This document shows positions 10,282-20,148 of a stretch of DNA of 64,000 bases, one piece after another. The DNA lies in NCBI GenBank assembly GCA_021737865.1, contig JAIPDC010000001.1, positions 8,448-72,447 of the forward strand, read 5' to 3'. Both the position numbers and the translations under genes were made by a program. Numbering within the stretch: the first letter of the stretch is position 1; each line of letters begins with the position of its first letter. Below the pieces are notes generated by a model that had not been told where the DNA came from, did no database searches, and saw nothing but the letters and a program-made list of their open reading frames with translations. The stretch comes from Rhodoferax sp. (GTDB lineage: Bacteria; Pseudomonadota; Gammaproteobacteria; Burkholderiales; Burkholderiaceae_C).

Positions 10282-11456
10282 TGGCCTCGGACCCCCGTCC
10301 GCTGGTGTTGCACGTGGTGCACTGTTTCGACACCGGCGGTCTTGAGAACGGCGTGGTCAATCTCATCAACCACATGCCCGGTGACGCCTACCGTCACGCT
10401 GTTCTGGCTCTGACTGCGGTCACTGATTTCCGGCATCGGGTGCGACGCAACGATGTCGAGTTTATTGCCCTGCACAAGCCGCCTGGCCACACCGTGTGGC
10501 AGTACCCGCGGCTGTACGAGTTGCTTCGCCGACTACGCCCCCAAATCGTGCACAGCCGCAATCTGGCAGCGCTGGAGGTGCAGCCCGTGGCGTGGGCCTG
10601 CGGGGTACCCGTGCGGATTCACGGTGAGCATGGACTGGACCTAAGCGACACAGACGGGAGTAAGGTGATGTACCAACGCATTCGCCGCCTCTACGCACCC
10701 GCAGTGCACCATTACACCGCGCTGTCACGCGACTTGCGGTCCTACTTGATTGACAAGGTGCATGTGCCCCGGGAGCGCATCACGCAAATATGCAACGGCG
10801 TGGATGGTTCCCGCTTTCATCCGGCGCGCAACGGGCCCACACCGATCGCGGGTTGCCCGTTTGATCCGACGCAGCATTGGATCGTAGGCTGTGTGGGTCG
10901 CATGCAAACCATCAAGAATCCCATGCTGCTGGCGCAGGCCTTTGTCCAGGCCATGGCGCTGGCGCCGGGCTTGCGCAGTCGCCTGCGTTTGGTGATGGTC
11001 GGGGAGGGGCCATTGCGTGCCCAGGTGCAGGGCGAACTCCAGGCGCACGGCTTGGACCATCTGGTCTGGCTGCCTGGTGATCGGGATGATGTGCCAGATG
11101 TCTTGCGGGGCCTGCATGCCTTTGCACTGCCATCGCTTTCCGAGGGCATCTCCAATGCAATTCTGGAGTCCATGGCGTCGGGCTTGCCGGTGCTGGCCAC
11201 CGATGTGGGGGGCAATGCCGATCTGGTGCTTGCGGACCAGACCGGCCATCTGGTGCCTTCTGGCGACGTGCATGGCATGGCCTTGCGTTTGGCACAGCTT
11301 GCGGGTGGCGCGCAACGCGCCATGGACATGGGTCGTGCCGGACGTGCTCGCATGGAGGCCAGATTCAGCCTGGGCGCGATGGTGGCTGGCTACCAGGCGG
11401 TCTATGACCAGCAATGCCGACGTGCCTGCGCCGTACCCACATTGGCGCAACCCTGA
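10269..11456 (+). CDS. GT4 glycosyltransferase, PEP-CTERM/XrtA system (TIGR03088-like)
   Basis: GGLENGVVNLIN, HSRNLAALE, HGEHG, EGISNAILE (EX7E), TDVGGN. Confidence 0.92.
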   Translation: MAAVVASDPRPLVLHVVHCFDTGGLENGVVNLINHMPGDAYRHAVLALTAVTDFRHRVRRNDVEFIALHKPPGHTVWQYPRLYELLRRLRPQIVHSRNLAALEVQPVAWACGVPVRIHGEHGLDLSDTDGSKVMYQRIRRLYAPAVHHYTALSRDLRSYLIDKVHVPRERITQICNGVDGSRFHPARNGPTPIAGCPFDPTQHWIVGCVGRMQTIKNPMLLAQAFVQAMALAPGLRSRLRLVMVGEGPLRAQVQGELQAHGLDHLVWLPGDRDDVPDVLRGLHAFALPSLSEGISNAILESMASGLPVLATDVGGNADLVLADQTGHLVPSGDVHGMALRLAQLAGGAQRAMDMGRAGRARMEARFSLGAMVAGYQAVYDQQCRRACAVPTLAQP

Positions 11457-11475
11457 CTCACTTTGAGGAATCTCC

Positions 11476-13401
11476 ATGTGCGGCATTACCGGGATCTTTG
11501 ATACGCGAGGCACGGGTGACATCAGTGCGGCGGTGCTGGGCCGGATGAACGAATCGCAACACCACAGGGGACCCGATGAGGGAGGGCTGTATGTCGCCCC
11601 CGGTATCGGGCTGGGCCATCGCCGCCTGTCGGTGATTGACATCGCCACGGGCCAGCAGCCCTTGTGCAATGGGGATGGATCGGTGGTTGTCGTATTCAAC
11701 GGCGAGATCTACAACTATCAGCCACTCATGGCCGAGCTACAGGCTCTTGGGGCCGTGTTTCAGACCCACAGCGACACCGAGGTCATCGTCCATGCCTGGC
11801 AGGCCTGGGGTGCCCAGTGTGTTGAACGCTTTCGCGGCATGTTTGCCTTCGCGCTGTGGGACAGCAGGCAGCAGACACTGTTCCTGGCGCGCGACCGTAT
11901 GGGTGTCAAGCCTCTGCACTACGCCATGCTGGAGGACGGAATGCTGCTGTTCGGCTCGGAATTGAAGTCCATTCTGGCCCATGGTGGCTTGCGCCGCGAC
12001 ATGGACCCGCTGGCCGTGGAAGAGTACTTCGCCCTGGGCTATGTGCCCCAGCCGCGCACCATCTTTCAGGCTGTCAAGAAGTTGCCGCCGGCCCACACGC
12101 TCACTGTGCGGCGCGGGCGTCCGCTGGAATCCACGGTGCCGTACTGGGATCTGCGCTTCACCTTGAATTCAGTTATTTCACAGGCCGATGCGCAGTCTGA
12201 ACTGGTGCACCGGCTACGCGACGCGGTGTCGGTGCGCATGGTCAGCGAGGTCCCGTTGGGGGCATTCTTGTCCGGTGGCGTGGACAGCAGCGCCGTCGTG
12301 GCGCTCATGGCTGGCTTGTCTCCCTCGCCGATTACGACCTGCTCCATGGGCTTTGATACGGCGGGTTTCGATGAGTCCACTTTCGCAGCGCAAGTGGCTA
12401 CACGATACCAAACCCATCACTGGACGAAAGTGGTGGGTAGTGCTGATTTTGATTTGATCGACACGCTGGCGCGTCTGTATGACGAACCCTATGCCGATAG
12501 TTCCGCCATTCCCACCTACCGCGTGTGCGAATTGGCCCGGAGACACGTCACCGTGGCGCTGTCCGGTGACGGGGCGGACGAGGCGTTTGGTGGTTACACG
12601 CGCTACCGCACGCATTTGCGTGAGGAGCGCATGCGCAGCCTTTTGCCAATCGGCGTGCGTGGCCCGGTGTTTGGCGTCATGGGGCGCGTCTACCCCAAGG
12701 CCGATTGGGCCTGGCGCATGCTGCGCGCCAAGACAACTTTCGAGTCCATGGCGCGCGACTCGGTGGAGGCATACTTTCACGCCGTGTCGGTGTTAAAGGG
12801 GCCGATGCGCCATGCGCTGTTTACAGACCGATTCAAGGCCGATCTGGGCGGTTACAGTGCACTCGAAGTTTTTCGTCGGCACGCCGACCAGGCACAGACA
12901 CAAGACCCGCTGGCCCTGATCCAATACCTTGATCTGAAGACCTATTTGCCTGACGACATCAACACCAAGGTCGACCGCGCCAGCATGGCCCATGGTCTGG
13001 AGGTGCGTGAGCCATTGATGGATCACTCCTTGGTCGAATGGTTAGCCACTCTGCCATCACACCAGAAAGTACAGGGTGCGCAGGGCAAAGTGTTGCTCAA
13101 GAAATCGATGGAACCTTACCTTTCGCAAGGCGTGTTGTATCGACCGAAAATGGGTTTTGCAGTGCCGTTGGCAGACTGGTTTCGCGGCCCGCTCAAGCAG
13201 CGCCTCCGCGACACGGTTCTGGGTGCGCAACTCCTCGACACCGGTTGGTTTGACCCGGTATATGTGCGCAGCTTGGTGGACGCCCATCAGAGTGGCGCCC
13301 GCGACCACAGCGCGCCCTTGTGGTCTTTGATGATGTTCGAGGCATTTCTTAGAAATGTGGTGGATGCGAGCCCCCACGCGCACGCGCAGGCAAGCCCATG
13401 A
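11476..13401 (+). CDS. asnB: Asparagine synthetase-like amidotransferase 1, XrtA-associated
   Basis: N-terminal MCGI (Ntn Cys), HRGPD, GHRRLS, FNGEIYN, LSGGVDSS, SGDGADE, K.GF.VP. GAGG RBS upstream. Confidence 0.93.
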   Translation: MCGITGIFDTRGTGDISAAVLGRMNESQHHRGPDEGGLYVAPGIGLGHRRLSVIDIATGQQPLCNGDGSVVVVFNGEIYNYQPLMAELQALGAVFQTHSDTEVIVHAWQAWGAQCVERFRGMFAFALWDSRQQTLFLARDRMGVKPLHYAMLEDGMLLFGSELKSILAHGGLRRDMDPLAVEEYFALGYVPQPRTIFQAVKKLPPAHTLTVRRGRPLESTVPYWDLRFTLNSVISQADAQSELVHRLRDAVSVRMVSEVPLGAFLSGGVDSSAVVALMAGLSPSPITTCSMGFDTAGFDESTFAAQVATRYQTHHWTKVVGSADFDLIDTLARLYDEPYADSSAIPTYRVCELARRHVTVALSGDGADEAFGGYTRYRTHLREERMRSLLPIGVRGPVFGVMGRVYPKADWAWRMLRAKTTFESMARDSVEAYFHAVSVLKGPMRHALFTDRFKADLGGYSALEVFRRHADQAQTQDPLALIQYLDLKTYLPDDINTKVDRASMAHGLEVREPLMDHSLVEWLATLPSHQKVQGAQGKVLLKKSMEPYLSQGVLYRPKMGFAVPLADWFRGPLKQRLRDTVLGAQLLDTGWFDPVYVRSLVDAHQSGARDHSAPLWSLMMFEAFLRNVVDASPHAHAQASP

Positions 13402-14615
13402 ACCTACGCATCCTGCACGTGCTGGACCACTCCGCGCCCTTGCACAGTGGCTACACCTTTCGTACCTTGTCGATCCTGCGTGAGCAACGTCTGTTGGGGT
13501 GGGACACCGTTCACCTGACCACGCCCAAGCAAGGCCCGGATTCGTCAATGCAGGAGGAGGTCGATGGCCTCACATTCCACCGCACGCCCAGTTACGAGGG
13601 CGTCGGGCTGCTGAACCAGATGCGCCTGACCGCCCGGCGCATGGCCGAAGTGGTGCAGGCGACGCGGCCGAATGTCATCCACGCGCATTCGCCTGTGCTC
13701 AATGCACTACCAAGCCTGTGGGTCGGGCGAACGTACCGGCTGCCGGTGGTCTATGAAATGCGCGCGTCGTGGGAGGATGCTGCGGTGGACCACGGCACCA
13801 CCGTTGAGGGTAGCCTGCGCTACCGACTTTCGCGTTCGCTGGAAAGCTTTGCGTTGCACCAGGCAGGCGAGGTCACGACCATTTGTGAAGGGCTGCGCAA
13901 CGACATCGCTCAACGTGGAATACCGCGAGAGCGTGTGACGGTGATCCCCAATGCGGTCGACACGTCCTCGTTTCAGTTCAGTTTGAAGCCGGATTTACGC
14001 TTGCGCCACACCATGGGACTCGATGGTGCGTTGGTGATCGGGTTTGTGGGTTCCTTCTACCATTACGAAGGCCTGCATCTGCTGCTCGAAGCTGCGCAAC
14101 GAATGATTCTGCGCCACCCCCGACTGCGCGTTCTGCTGGTTGGCGGTGGGCCGCAGGAGGAAGCATTGCGCGTGCAGGCCCAGTCGCTCGGATTGCATGA
14201 CAGGGTCATCTTCTCAGGCCGCGTAGAGCACGCAGATGTGCATCGCTACTACGGGTTGATGGATGTGCTGGCCTACCCGCGACTGCCCGTGCGATTGACT
14301 GAGCTGGTGACTCCGCTCAAGCCACTGGAGGCCATGGCCCAGGGGCACATGTTCGTGGCTTCGGATGTGGGCGGACACCGCGAATTGGTGCGCCATGGTG
14401 AGACGGGGTACTTGTTTCGCTCCGGCGACGCGTTCGAACTGGCAAATGCGCTGGAGGCGGCGTTGGCCCAGCGCGACCGGTGGCCGCAAGTGCGTGCACA
14501 GGCGCGTCGCTTTGTAGAGAGGGAACGCACCTGGGCAGCCAGCGTCGCCCGTTACCGTGCGGTTTATCAACGCGCCCTGCAGCGGCATCCGGATACTGCC
14601 TCTATACAAATCTGA
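13398..14615 (+). CDS. GT4 glycosyltransferase, PEP-CTERM/XrtA system (TIGR04063-like)
   Basis: LHVLDHSAPLHSGYTFRT, YEMRASWED, ELVTPLKPLEAMA, SDVGGHRE. Confidence 0.92.
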   Translation: MNLRILHVLDHSAPLHSGYTFRTLSILREQRLLGWDTVHLTTPKQGPDSSMQEEVDGLTFHRTPSYEGVGLLNQMRLTARRMAEVVQATRPNVIHAHSPVLNALPSLWVGRTYRLPVVYEMRASWEDAAVDHGTTVEGSLRYRLSRSLESFALHQAGEVTTICEGLRNDIAQRGIPRERVTVIPNAVDTSSFQFSLKPDLRLRHTMGLDGALVIGFVGSFYHYEGLHLLLEAAQRMILRHPRLRVLLVGGGPQEEALRVQAQSLGLHDRVIFSGRVEHADVHRYYGLMDVLAYPRLPVRLTELVTPLKPLEAMAQGHMFVASDVGGHRELVRHGETGYLFRSGDAFELANALEAALAQRDRWPQVRAQARRFVERERTWAASVARYRAVYQRALQRHPDTASIQI

Positions 14616-14628
14616 GGCACGTCTTATT

Positions 14629-16554
14629 GTGTGTGGAATCCACGGAATCTATTACTCTGACGGCACAGGTGTTGACCCTGACATGCTTACCGCCATGGGA
14701 GATGTCACTCGACACCGTGGTCCCGATGACGCGGGCATGCACGTCGATGGACCTTGTGGCATTGCCATGCGCAGGCTGTCCGTCATTGACTTGGCCACCG
14801 GGCATCAGCCGCTTTCCAATGCAGCAAAAACGTTGTGGCTGGTCTGCAACGGCGAGATCTACAACTACCGCGAACTTCGCACAGAGTTGGTGGCCAAGGG
14901 CTACCGGTTCACGACGGAATCCGATTGTGAGGTGCTGCTACACCTCTATGATGCCGAAGGCGATGACTTTGTGTTGCGCCTCAATGGAATGTTTGCGTTT
15001 GCCCTTTGGGACGGCCGACGAAAGCGTCTGCTCATTGGGCGCGACCGCCTTGGTGTGAAGCCACTCTACGTGCTCCAGGACGCGCGCCAAATGGCGTTTT
15101 CTACCGAGGCAAAGGCCCTGCTGCGTCTGCCTCGGATAAGTCCGGGGATCAACCCGGCGGCAGTGTTGGGGTATTTGCATCTGGGCTATGTTGCAGCTCC
15201 AGACTGTATCTTCCAGGGAATCCGCAAGTTGCCCCCTGCGACATTGCTGGCTATTGAGGGCCGACACGTGCGTGAGTGGTGCTATTGGAAGCTGCCTGAG
15301 CATACCAACGCTCTTTTCAGTGAGCGCGAGTGGACCGAGCGTGTATTGGCGCAGGTCGAAGCCTCGGTACGTATGCAGATGGTCAGCGATGTTCCTATTG
15401 GCGCCTTTCTGTCTGGTGGTGTGGATTCCAGCGCGGTGGTGGGCTTTATGGCCAGGCACTCCTCGCAACCTGTCAACACCTATGCCATTGGCTTTGCAGG
15501 CGGGGCGGCTGAAACGCTCTACAACGAATTGCCATACGCCAGGCGTGTGGCGTCGATTTTTGGAACGCGTCATAGGGAGATTGTGGTGCGCCCGGACGTG
15601 GTCTCGCTATTGCCAAAGCTGCTGTGGCATCTGGACGAGCCAATGGCTGACAGTGCCTTTATCACCACTTTTTTGGTCTCCGAGTTCGCGCGCCGGGACG
15701 TCACTGTGATCCTCTCGGGTGTCGGCGGCGACGAATTATTTGGTGGATACCGCCGCTACCTTGGCGACCACTATGCGCGCCAGTACCACCAATACCCTGC
15801 ATGGCTGCGGCGGTCGGTGGCGTCCGTCGCGCGCAAGCTTCCGGCTGATCGCCATTCGGGGCTGCTGAATGCCCTGCGCCTGCTGAAGGGCTTTGTTGCT
15901 TCGGTCGATATGTCCCCCGACGACCGCTACCGAAGCTACTTGCAGGTGATGGGTCGCTCCGAGGTGGCGGCGATGCTGCTTGTTCCAGACTTCGGTGCTC
16001 CAGACGCGATGCAAGCAGCCTTTGCCGGTGCGGGCCAGCAGGACGCTCTCAATCGAATGTTTGCCGTCGACAGCCAAACCCAACTCCCCGATGACCTGCT
16101 GATGCTGACAGACAAGATGAGCATGGCCGTGTCACTCGAATGCCGGGTGCCATTACTGGATCATGACCTGGTTGAGCTGGCGGCCACGATTCCAGCTGCC
16201 ATGAAGGTGCGCGGTGGACGCCTCAAGCACATCCTGAAGGAGTCGCTGGTGGATCTGTTGCCCGGGGATATTCTGAATCGCAAGAAGCGCGGTTTTGGTA
16301 CGCCCATGGGCGCCTGGCTCAAGAAAGATTTGGCACCACTTCTACAGCGTGTGCTGGCGCCGGAAGTGGTCCGCCGCCGGGGGCTCTTTCAGCCAGCCGT
16401 TGTCGCTCGGTTGATGGACGACCACGCAAGCAACCGCATCGACGGCACGGATGCCCTGCTGGCGTTGATGAATCTTGAAATCTGGAGTTGCATCTACTTG
16501 GACCGTCGCGACCCGACGGATGTTTCATTGGAACTAAAGGCCCACCTGGCATGA
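14629..16554 (+). CDS. asnB: Asparagine synthetase-like amidotransferase 2
   Basis: GTG start gives (M)CGIHG with the Ntn Cys. HRGPD, MRRLS, NGEIYNY, LSGGVDSS, SGVGGDELFGGY. Confidence 0.92.
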   Translation: MCGIHGIYYSDGTGVDPDMLTAMGDVTRHRGPDDAGMHVDGPCGIAMRRLSVIDLATGHQPLSNAAKTLWLVCNGEIYNYRELRTELVAKGYRFTTESDCEVLLHLYDAEGDDFVLRLNGMFAFALWDGRRKRLLIGRDRLGVKPLYVLQDARQMAFSTEAKALLRLPRISPGINPAAVLGYLHLGYVAAPDCIFQGIRKLPPATLLAIEGRHVREWCYWKLPEHTNALFSEREWTERVLAQVEASVRMQMVSDVPIGAFLSGGVDSSAVVGFMARHSSQPVNTYAIGFAGGAAETLYNELPYARRVASIFGTRHREIVVRPDVVSLLPKLLWHLDEPMADSAFITTFLVSEFARRDVTVILSGVGGDELFGGYRRYLGDHYARQYHQYPAWLRRSVASVARKLPADRHSGLLNALRLLKGFVASVDMSPDDRYRSYLQVMGRSEVAAMLLVPDFGAPDAMQAAFAGAGQQDALNRMFAVDSQTQLPDDLLMLTDKMSMAVSLECRVPLLDHDLVELAATIPAAMKVRGGRLKHILKESLVDLLPGDILNRKKRGFGTPMGAWLKKDLAPLLQRVLAPEVVRRRGLFQPAVVARLMDDHASNRIDGTDALLALMNLEIWSCIYLDRRDPTDVSLELKAHLA

Positions 16555-17768
16555 ACATTCTCTATCTTTGCCACCGCTTCCCCTTTCCGCCCAGGCGTGG
16601 CGGAAAGATTCGCCCGTTCAACATGATTCGACACCTGACATCGGTGGGGCATAGCGTGACGGTGTGTTCGCTGGCCCGCTCAAGTGACGAGGCGCAACAG
16701 GGCCAGGGCATCACGCCGTACTGTGTGGACTTCCAGATCAGCCATGTGACCGAGTGGGTACAGGTGGCGCGCATGGTCTTGCGCTTGCCGACGCTCACGC
16801 CGTCCTCCATGGGTTTCTTCTATTCTTCGGCGATGGACGGGCACGTGCGCCGGCTGTTGGCGTCCGAAAGGTGGGATCTTATTTTTGTGCACTGCTCCAC
16901 GGCGGCGCAGTACGTTGAGCACGTACGCCACATACCAAAAATTCTGGACTTTGGCGATATGGATTCCCAGAAGTGGCTGGAATATGCACACTACAAGCCC
17001 TTCCCGCTGTCGCTGGGCTACCAGCTTGAAGGCACCAAGATGCTTGCGCGGGAAAAACGTCTTGCTGGCGCCTTTGATATCTGCACCACCACCACGCTGG
17101 CCGAATGGAAGACTCTGCAAAACTTCGGCACCGGCGGCGACACGGACTGGTTTCCGAACGGTGTTGATACGGACTACTTTTGCCCTACGGATGGTGTGTA
17201 TGACAACCAGACCATCAGTTTCATTGGGCGCATGGATTACTACCCCAACCAGGAATGCATGGTGCGCTTTTGCGAGCAGGTATGGCCGGCACTGAAAGAC
17301 TTGCGTCCGGCGATGAAGTTGCTAATTGTCGGGGCCGACCCAACACCGGCCATACGCAAGCTCGGCGAAATCGATGGCGTGACCGTGACCGGATCGGTGG
17401 CGGACGTGCGCCCGTATGTCCGGCAGTCGGCGTTGATGGTGGCGCCGCTGAAGATTGCCCGGGGCACGCAAAACAAGATTCTCGAGGCGATGGCGATGGG
17501 TGTTCCGGTGGTGACCAGTAGCGTAGCCGCAGATGGCGTGGACGCGCTGTCCGATGCCCACCTCATGGTGGCTGATACGCCGCAGGAGCTGGTGCGCACC
17601 ATCATGGGCATTGTTGGCAACCCGGCCGAGCGCCGGCGCTTGTCCGAGGCGGGACGCCAGCGCATGCTGAGCCGGCACGCGTGGCCACAGTCGATGGCGC
17701 GTCTGGACAAGATTATCGATCGCAGCGTGCGCAATTTTTCAATTCACGACATGGGAGTCATCGCGTGA
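16551..17768 (+). CDS. GT4 glycosyltransferase, PEP-CTERM/XrtA system (TIGR03087-like)
   Basis: HRFPFPP.RGGKIR, D.DSQKW, GRMDYYPN, IARGTQNKILEAMAMG. ATGA overlap with the upstream stop. Confidence 0.92.
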   Translation: MNILYLCHRFPFPPRRGGKIRPFNMIRHLTSVGHSVTVCSLARSSDEAQQGQGITPYCVDFQISHVTEWVQVARMVLRLPTLTPSSMGFFYSSAMDGHVRRLLASERWDLIFVHCSTAAQYVEHVRHIPKILDFGDMDSQKWLEYAHYKPFPLSLGYQLEGTKMLAREKRLAGAFDICTTTTLAEWKTLQNFGTGGDTDWFPNGVDTDYFCPTDGVYDNQTISFIGRMDYYPNQECMVRFCEQVWPALKDLRPAMKLLIVGADPTPAIRKLGEIDGVTVTGSVADVRPYVRQSALMVAPLKIARGTQNKILEAMAMGVPVVTSSVAADGVDALSDAHLMVADTPQELVRTIMGIVGNPAERRRLSEAGRQRMLSRHAWPQSMARLDKIIDRSVRNFSIHDMGVIA

Positions 17769-19081
17769 GGATCAGCATCTTTGGACTGGGGTATGTCGGA
17801 GCGGTGTCGCTGGCGTGTTTGGTGCGCGATGGGCACGAAGTGGTGGGCGTGGACATCGACGCCAGCAAACTTGAGTTGATCACGGCCGGGAAAACCCCGG
17901 TGGTTGAGGAAGGCATGGTCGAATTGATGGAGCAGGTCGCGTCCTGCGGTCGGGCCAGCGTCACCACGCAAGCGCGGCAGGCGGTGCGCGAGAGCGACAT
18001 CTCTCTGGTGTGTGTGGGAACCCCCTCCGCGGCCAATGGAAGCCAGGATCAGAGCGCCATCCTGCGCCTGGCGGAAGAGCTAGCCGATGCCATCTGCGAC
18101 AAGCCACAAGCCCATGTGGTGGTCTTTCGTTCTACGCTGGTTCCAGGCACGGTGGAAGAGGTTCTGCGGCCCCTGATGGAAGCCAAATCGGGGAAAAAGG
18201 ATGGTGAGGGCTTTCATCTCTGCTTTCAACCAGAGTTCCTGCGCGAGGGATCTTCCATTCGCGATTACGACAAGCCGCCACTCACGGTGGTGGGTGCGAA
18301 TCACGGCTATCCGGTAGAGCAGTTGCGCGCGCTGTTCGGGCACTTGCCATGCAAGTTCGTGCAGACCTCGGTCCGTGCGGCGGAGATGATGAAGTACACG
18401 TGCAACAATTTTCATGCGCTCAAGATCACTTTTGCTAACGAGACCGCCCGCCTCTGCGATGCTTTGGGGGTTGATGCCTTTGAGGTGATGGATCTGGTGT
18501 GCCAGGACAAGCAACTCAATATTTCGCCGGCCTACCTGCGACCGGGGTTCGCCTTTGGTGGATCGTGCCTGCCCAAGGATCTTCGCGCCACGACCTATCT
18601 CGCCAAAGTGCATGATGTGGATGTGCCCATGCTGGCGGGAATCCTGCCCTCCAATCGCAACCACCTGGATATAGCCCTGCACAAACTGCTGGCCACGGGA
18701 AAGCGTCGCATCGGCTTCGTTGGCTTGTCGTTCAAGACCGGCACCGATGACCTGCGGGAGAGCCCTCTGGTGGCGTTAGCCGAACAGTTGATCGGCAAAG
18801 GCATGCTGCTGTCCGTTTTTGACCCGGAAGTGCACCTTGCCCGGCTTTTGGGAGCGAATCGCAGCTTCATTGAAAAGCACCTGCCGCACATCGGCGGCAT
18901 GCTGCAGGCCGACATACAGTCGGTGATCGAATCCTCGGACGTGCTGGTGGTCGGAATGTCCGGGGGTCCCGTGTTCGAGTCCCTCGCAACGCACTGTCGA
19001 ACCGACCAGTACATTCTGGATCTGGTGCACTTACCCAACCGCAGCGCCATCGCCGCAAAGGTTGTGGGCCTATGTTGGTAG
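17765..19081 (+). CDS. GDP-mannose 6-dehydrogenase-like (AlgD/Ugd family) nucleotide-sugar dehydrogenase
   Basis: GTG start RISIFGLGYVGAV, CVGTPS, PEFLREG, PGFAFGGSCLPKD, GLSFKTGTDDLRESP. These motifs are closest to AlgD as I recall it. Confidence 0.88.
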   Translation: MRISIFGLGYVGAVSLACLVRDGHEVVGVDIDASKLELITAGKTPVVEEGMVELMEQVASCGRASVTTQARQAVRESDISLVCVGTPSAANGSQDQSAILRLAEELADAICDKPQAHVVVFRSTLVPGTVEEVLRPLMEAKSGKKDGEGFHLCFQPEFLREGSSIRDYDKPPLTVVGANHGYPVEQLRALFGHLPCKFVQTSVRAAEMMKYTCNNFHALKITFANETARLCDALGVDAFEVMDLVCQDKQLNISPAYLRPGFAFGGSCLPKDLRATTYLAKVHDVDVPMLAGILPSNRNHLDIALHKLLATGKRRIGFVGLSFKTGTDDLRESPLVALAEQLIGKGMLLSVFDPEVHLARLLGANRSFIEKHLPHIGGMLQADIQSVIESSDVLVVGMSGGPVFESLATHCRTDQYILDLVHLPNRSAIAAKVVGLCW

Positions 19082-20148
19082 TGGCTGCTACGCCATCCAC
19101 CACACAACTCGCAGAGCGACGCTGCGTCCCTACGCGTGCGCAAGTCCGGTGGCGTCTGTTGGTCTGGATCGCTCTGGGCGTGTTGGTGCTGGCCATGTCG
19201 TCGCTTGCGCCCTACCTCGGTAGTTCCGCCGAACTAGTGCGCCTGCGCAATGCATCGCTACTGGCGTCTGCAGGGATTTCCGGATTTGATTGGCGACCCG
19301 ACACCATGCCTGCGGACTTCTTCCGCGAAGACGGTCCCACCGACGAGGTTTTTGCAGAGGCGACCCGCCAACTCGATCTTGCCGCATTGCCAACCGATTG
19401 GGACCGGGTGCTGGCCATCAGCGCTCACCTGCTGAGCAATCCGCGACTGGTCGGTACACCCATTCAGTCAGACCTGCGCGAAACTTACCAACGCATCCTG
19501 CGCGACGGCACGGGCTACTGTGGGGACTTTACCCGGGTCTTCATGGCACTGGGCCTGGCATCGGGCATGCAGGTGAGGGCCTGGTCCTTCTCTTTTGACG
19601 GCTTTGGTGGCCACGGGCATATCTGGCCCGAAGTTTGGAACCGTCAACTGGGGCAATGGCAACTGGTGGACATCTTCAACAACAGCTACTTCGCTGTAGA
19701 GGACGGCGCGCCACTTTCGGCGCTGGCGGTGCGCGAGGCGCTGAAGCGATCTTCCGCGACCTTGCGTCTGCTTCCCCTGGTGAGCGGCGCCCGGCCGGGT
19801 TATGAGATAGAGGCCAAGGCCTGGGACTATTATCGGCGCGGATTGCCCGAGTGGTATTTGTCGTGGGGCAACAACGTGTTCTCTTATGACCGTGCGCTGC
19901 TGGTTCGAACCCTTGGCCTGCTGTCACGATCACTTGAGCAGTTGGGCGCCATGGCACAGGGCGTCTATCCGCCCATCCACGTTTTGGGGGACGCTGACAA
20001 TGCACCGCAAGTTGCCTCTCTGGTTCGCTTGCGCCGACACCTCTTGGTAGTGGCGGTTGTGTTCGCTGTCGCGTTATTGACATTGACCGCGGGGTTGGTC
20101 GGTTGGTTGCTCAGCACGAAGCGCGGCCTGCGCACGGGGGCTCCATGA
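19072..20148 (+). CDS. Transglutaminase-like (Cys-His-Asp) domain protein with N- and C-terminal TM helices
   Basis: GYCGDFTRVF.AL..A.G...R, GHGHIWPEVW, WQLVD. Hydrophobic segments at both ends. Confidence 0.8.
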   Translation: MLVVAATPSTTQLAERRCVPTRAQVRWRLLVWIALGVLVLAMSSLAPYLGSSAELVRLRNASLLASAGISGFDWRPDTMPADFFREDGPTDEVFAEATRQLDLAALPTDWDRVLAISAHLLSNPRLVGTPIQSDLRETYQRILRDGTGYCGDFTRVFMALGLASGMQVRAWSFSFDGFGGHGHIWPEVWNRQLGQWQLVDIFNNSYFAVEDGAPLSALAVREALKRSSATLRLLPLVSGARPGYEIEAKAWDYYRRGLPEWYLSWGNNVFSYDRALLVRTLGLLSRSLEQLGAMAQGVYPPIHVLGDADNAPQVASLVRLRRHLLVVAVVFAVALLTLTAGLVGWLLSTKRGLRTGAP

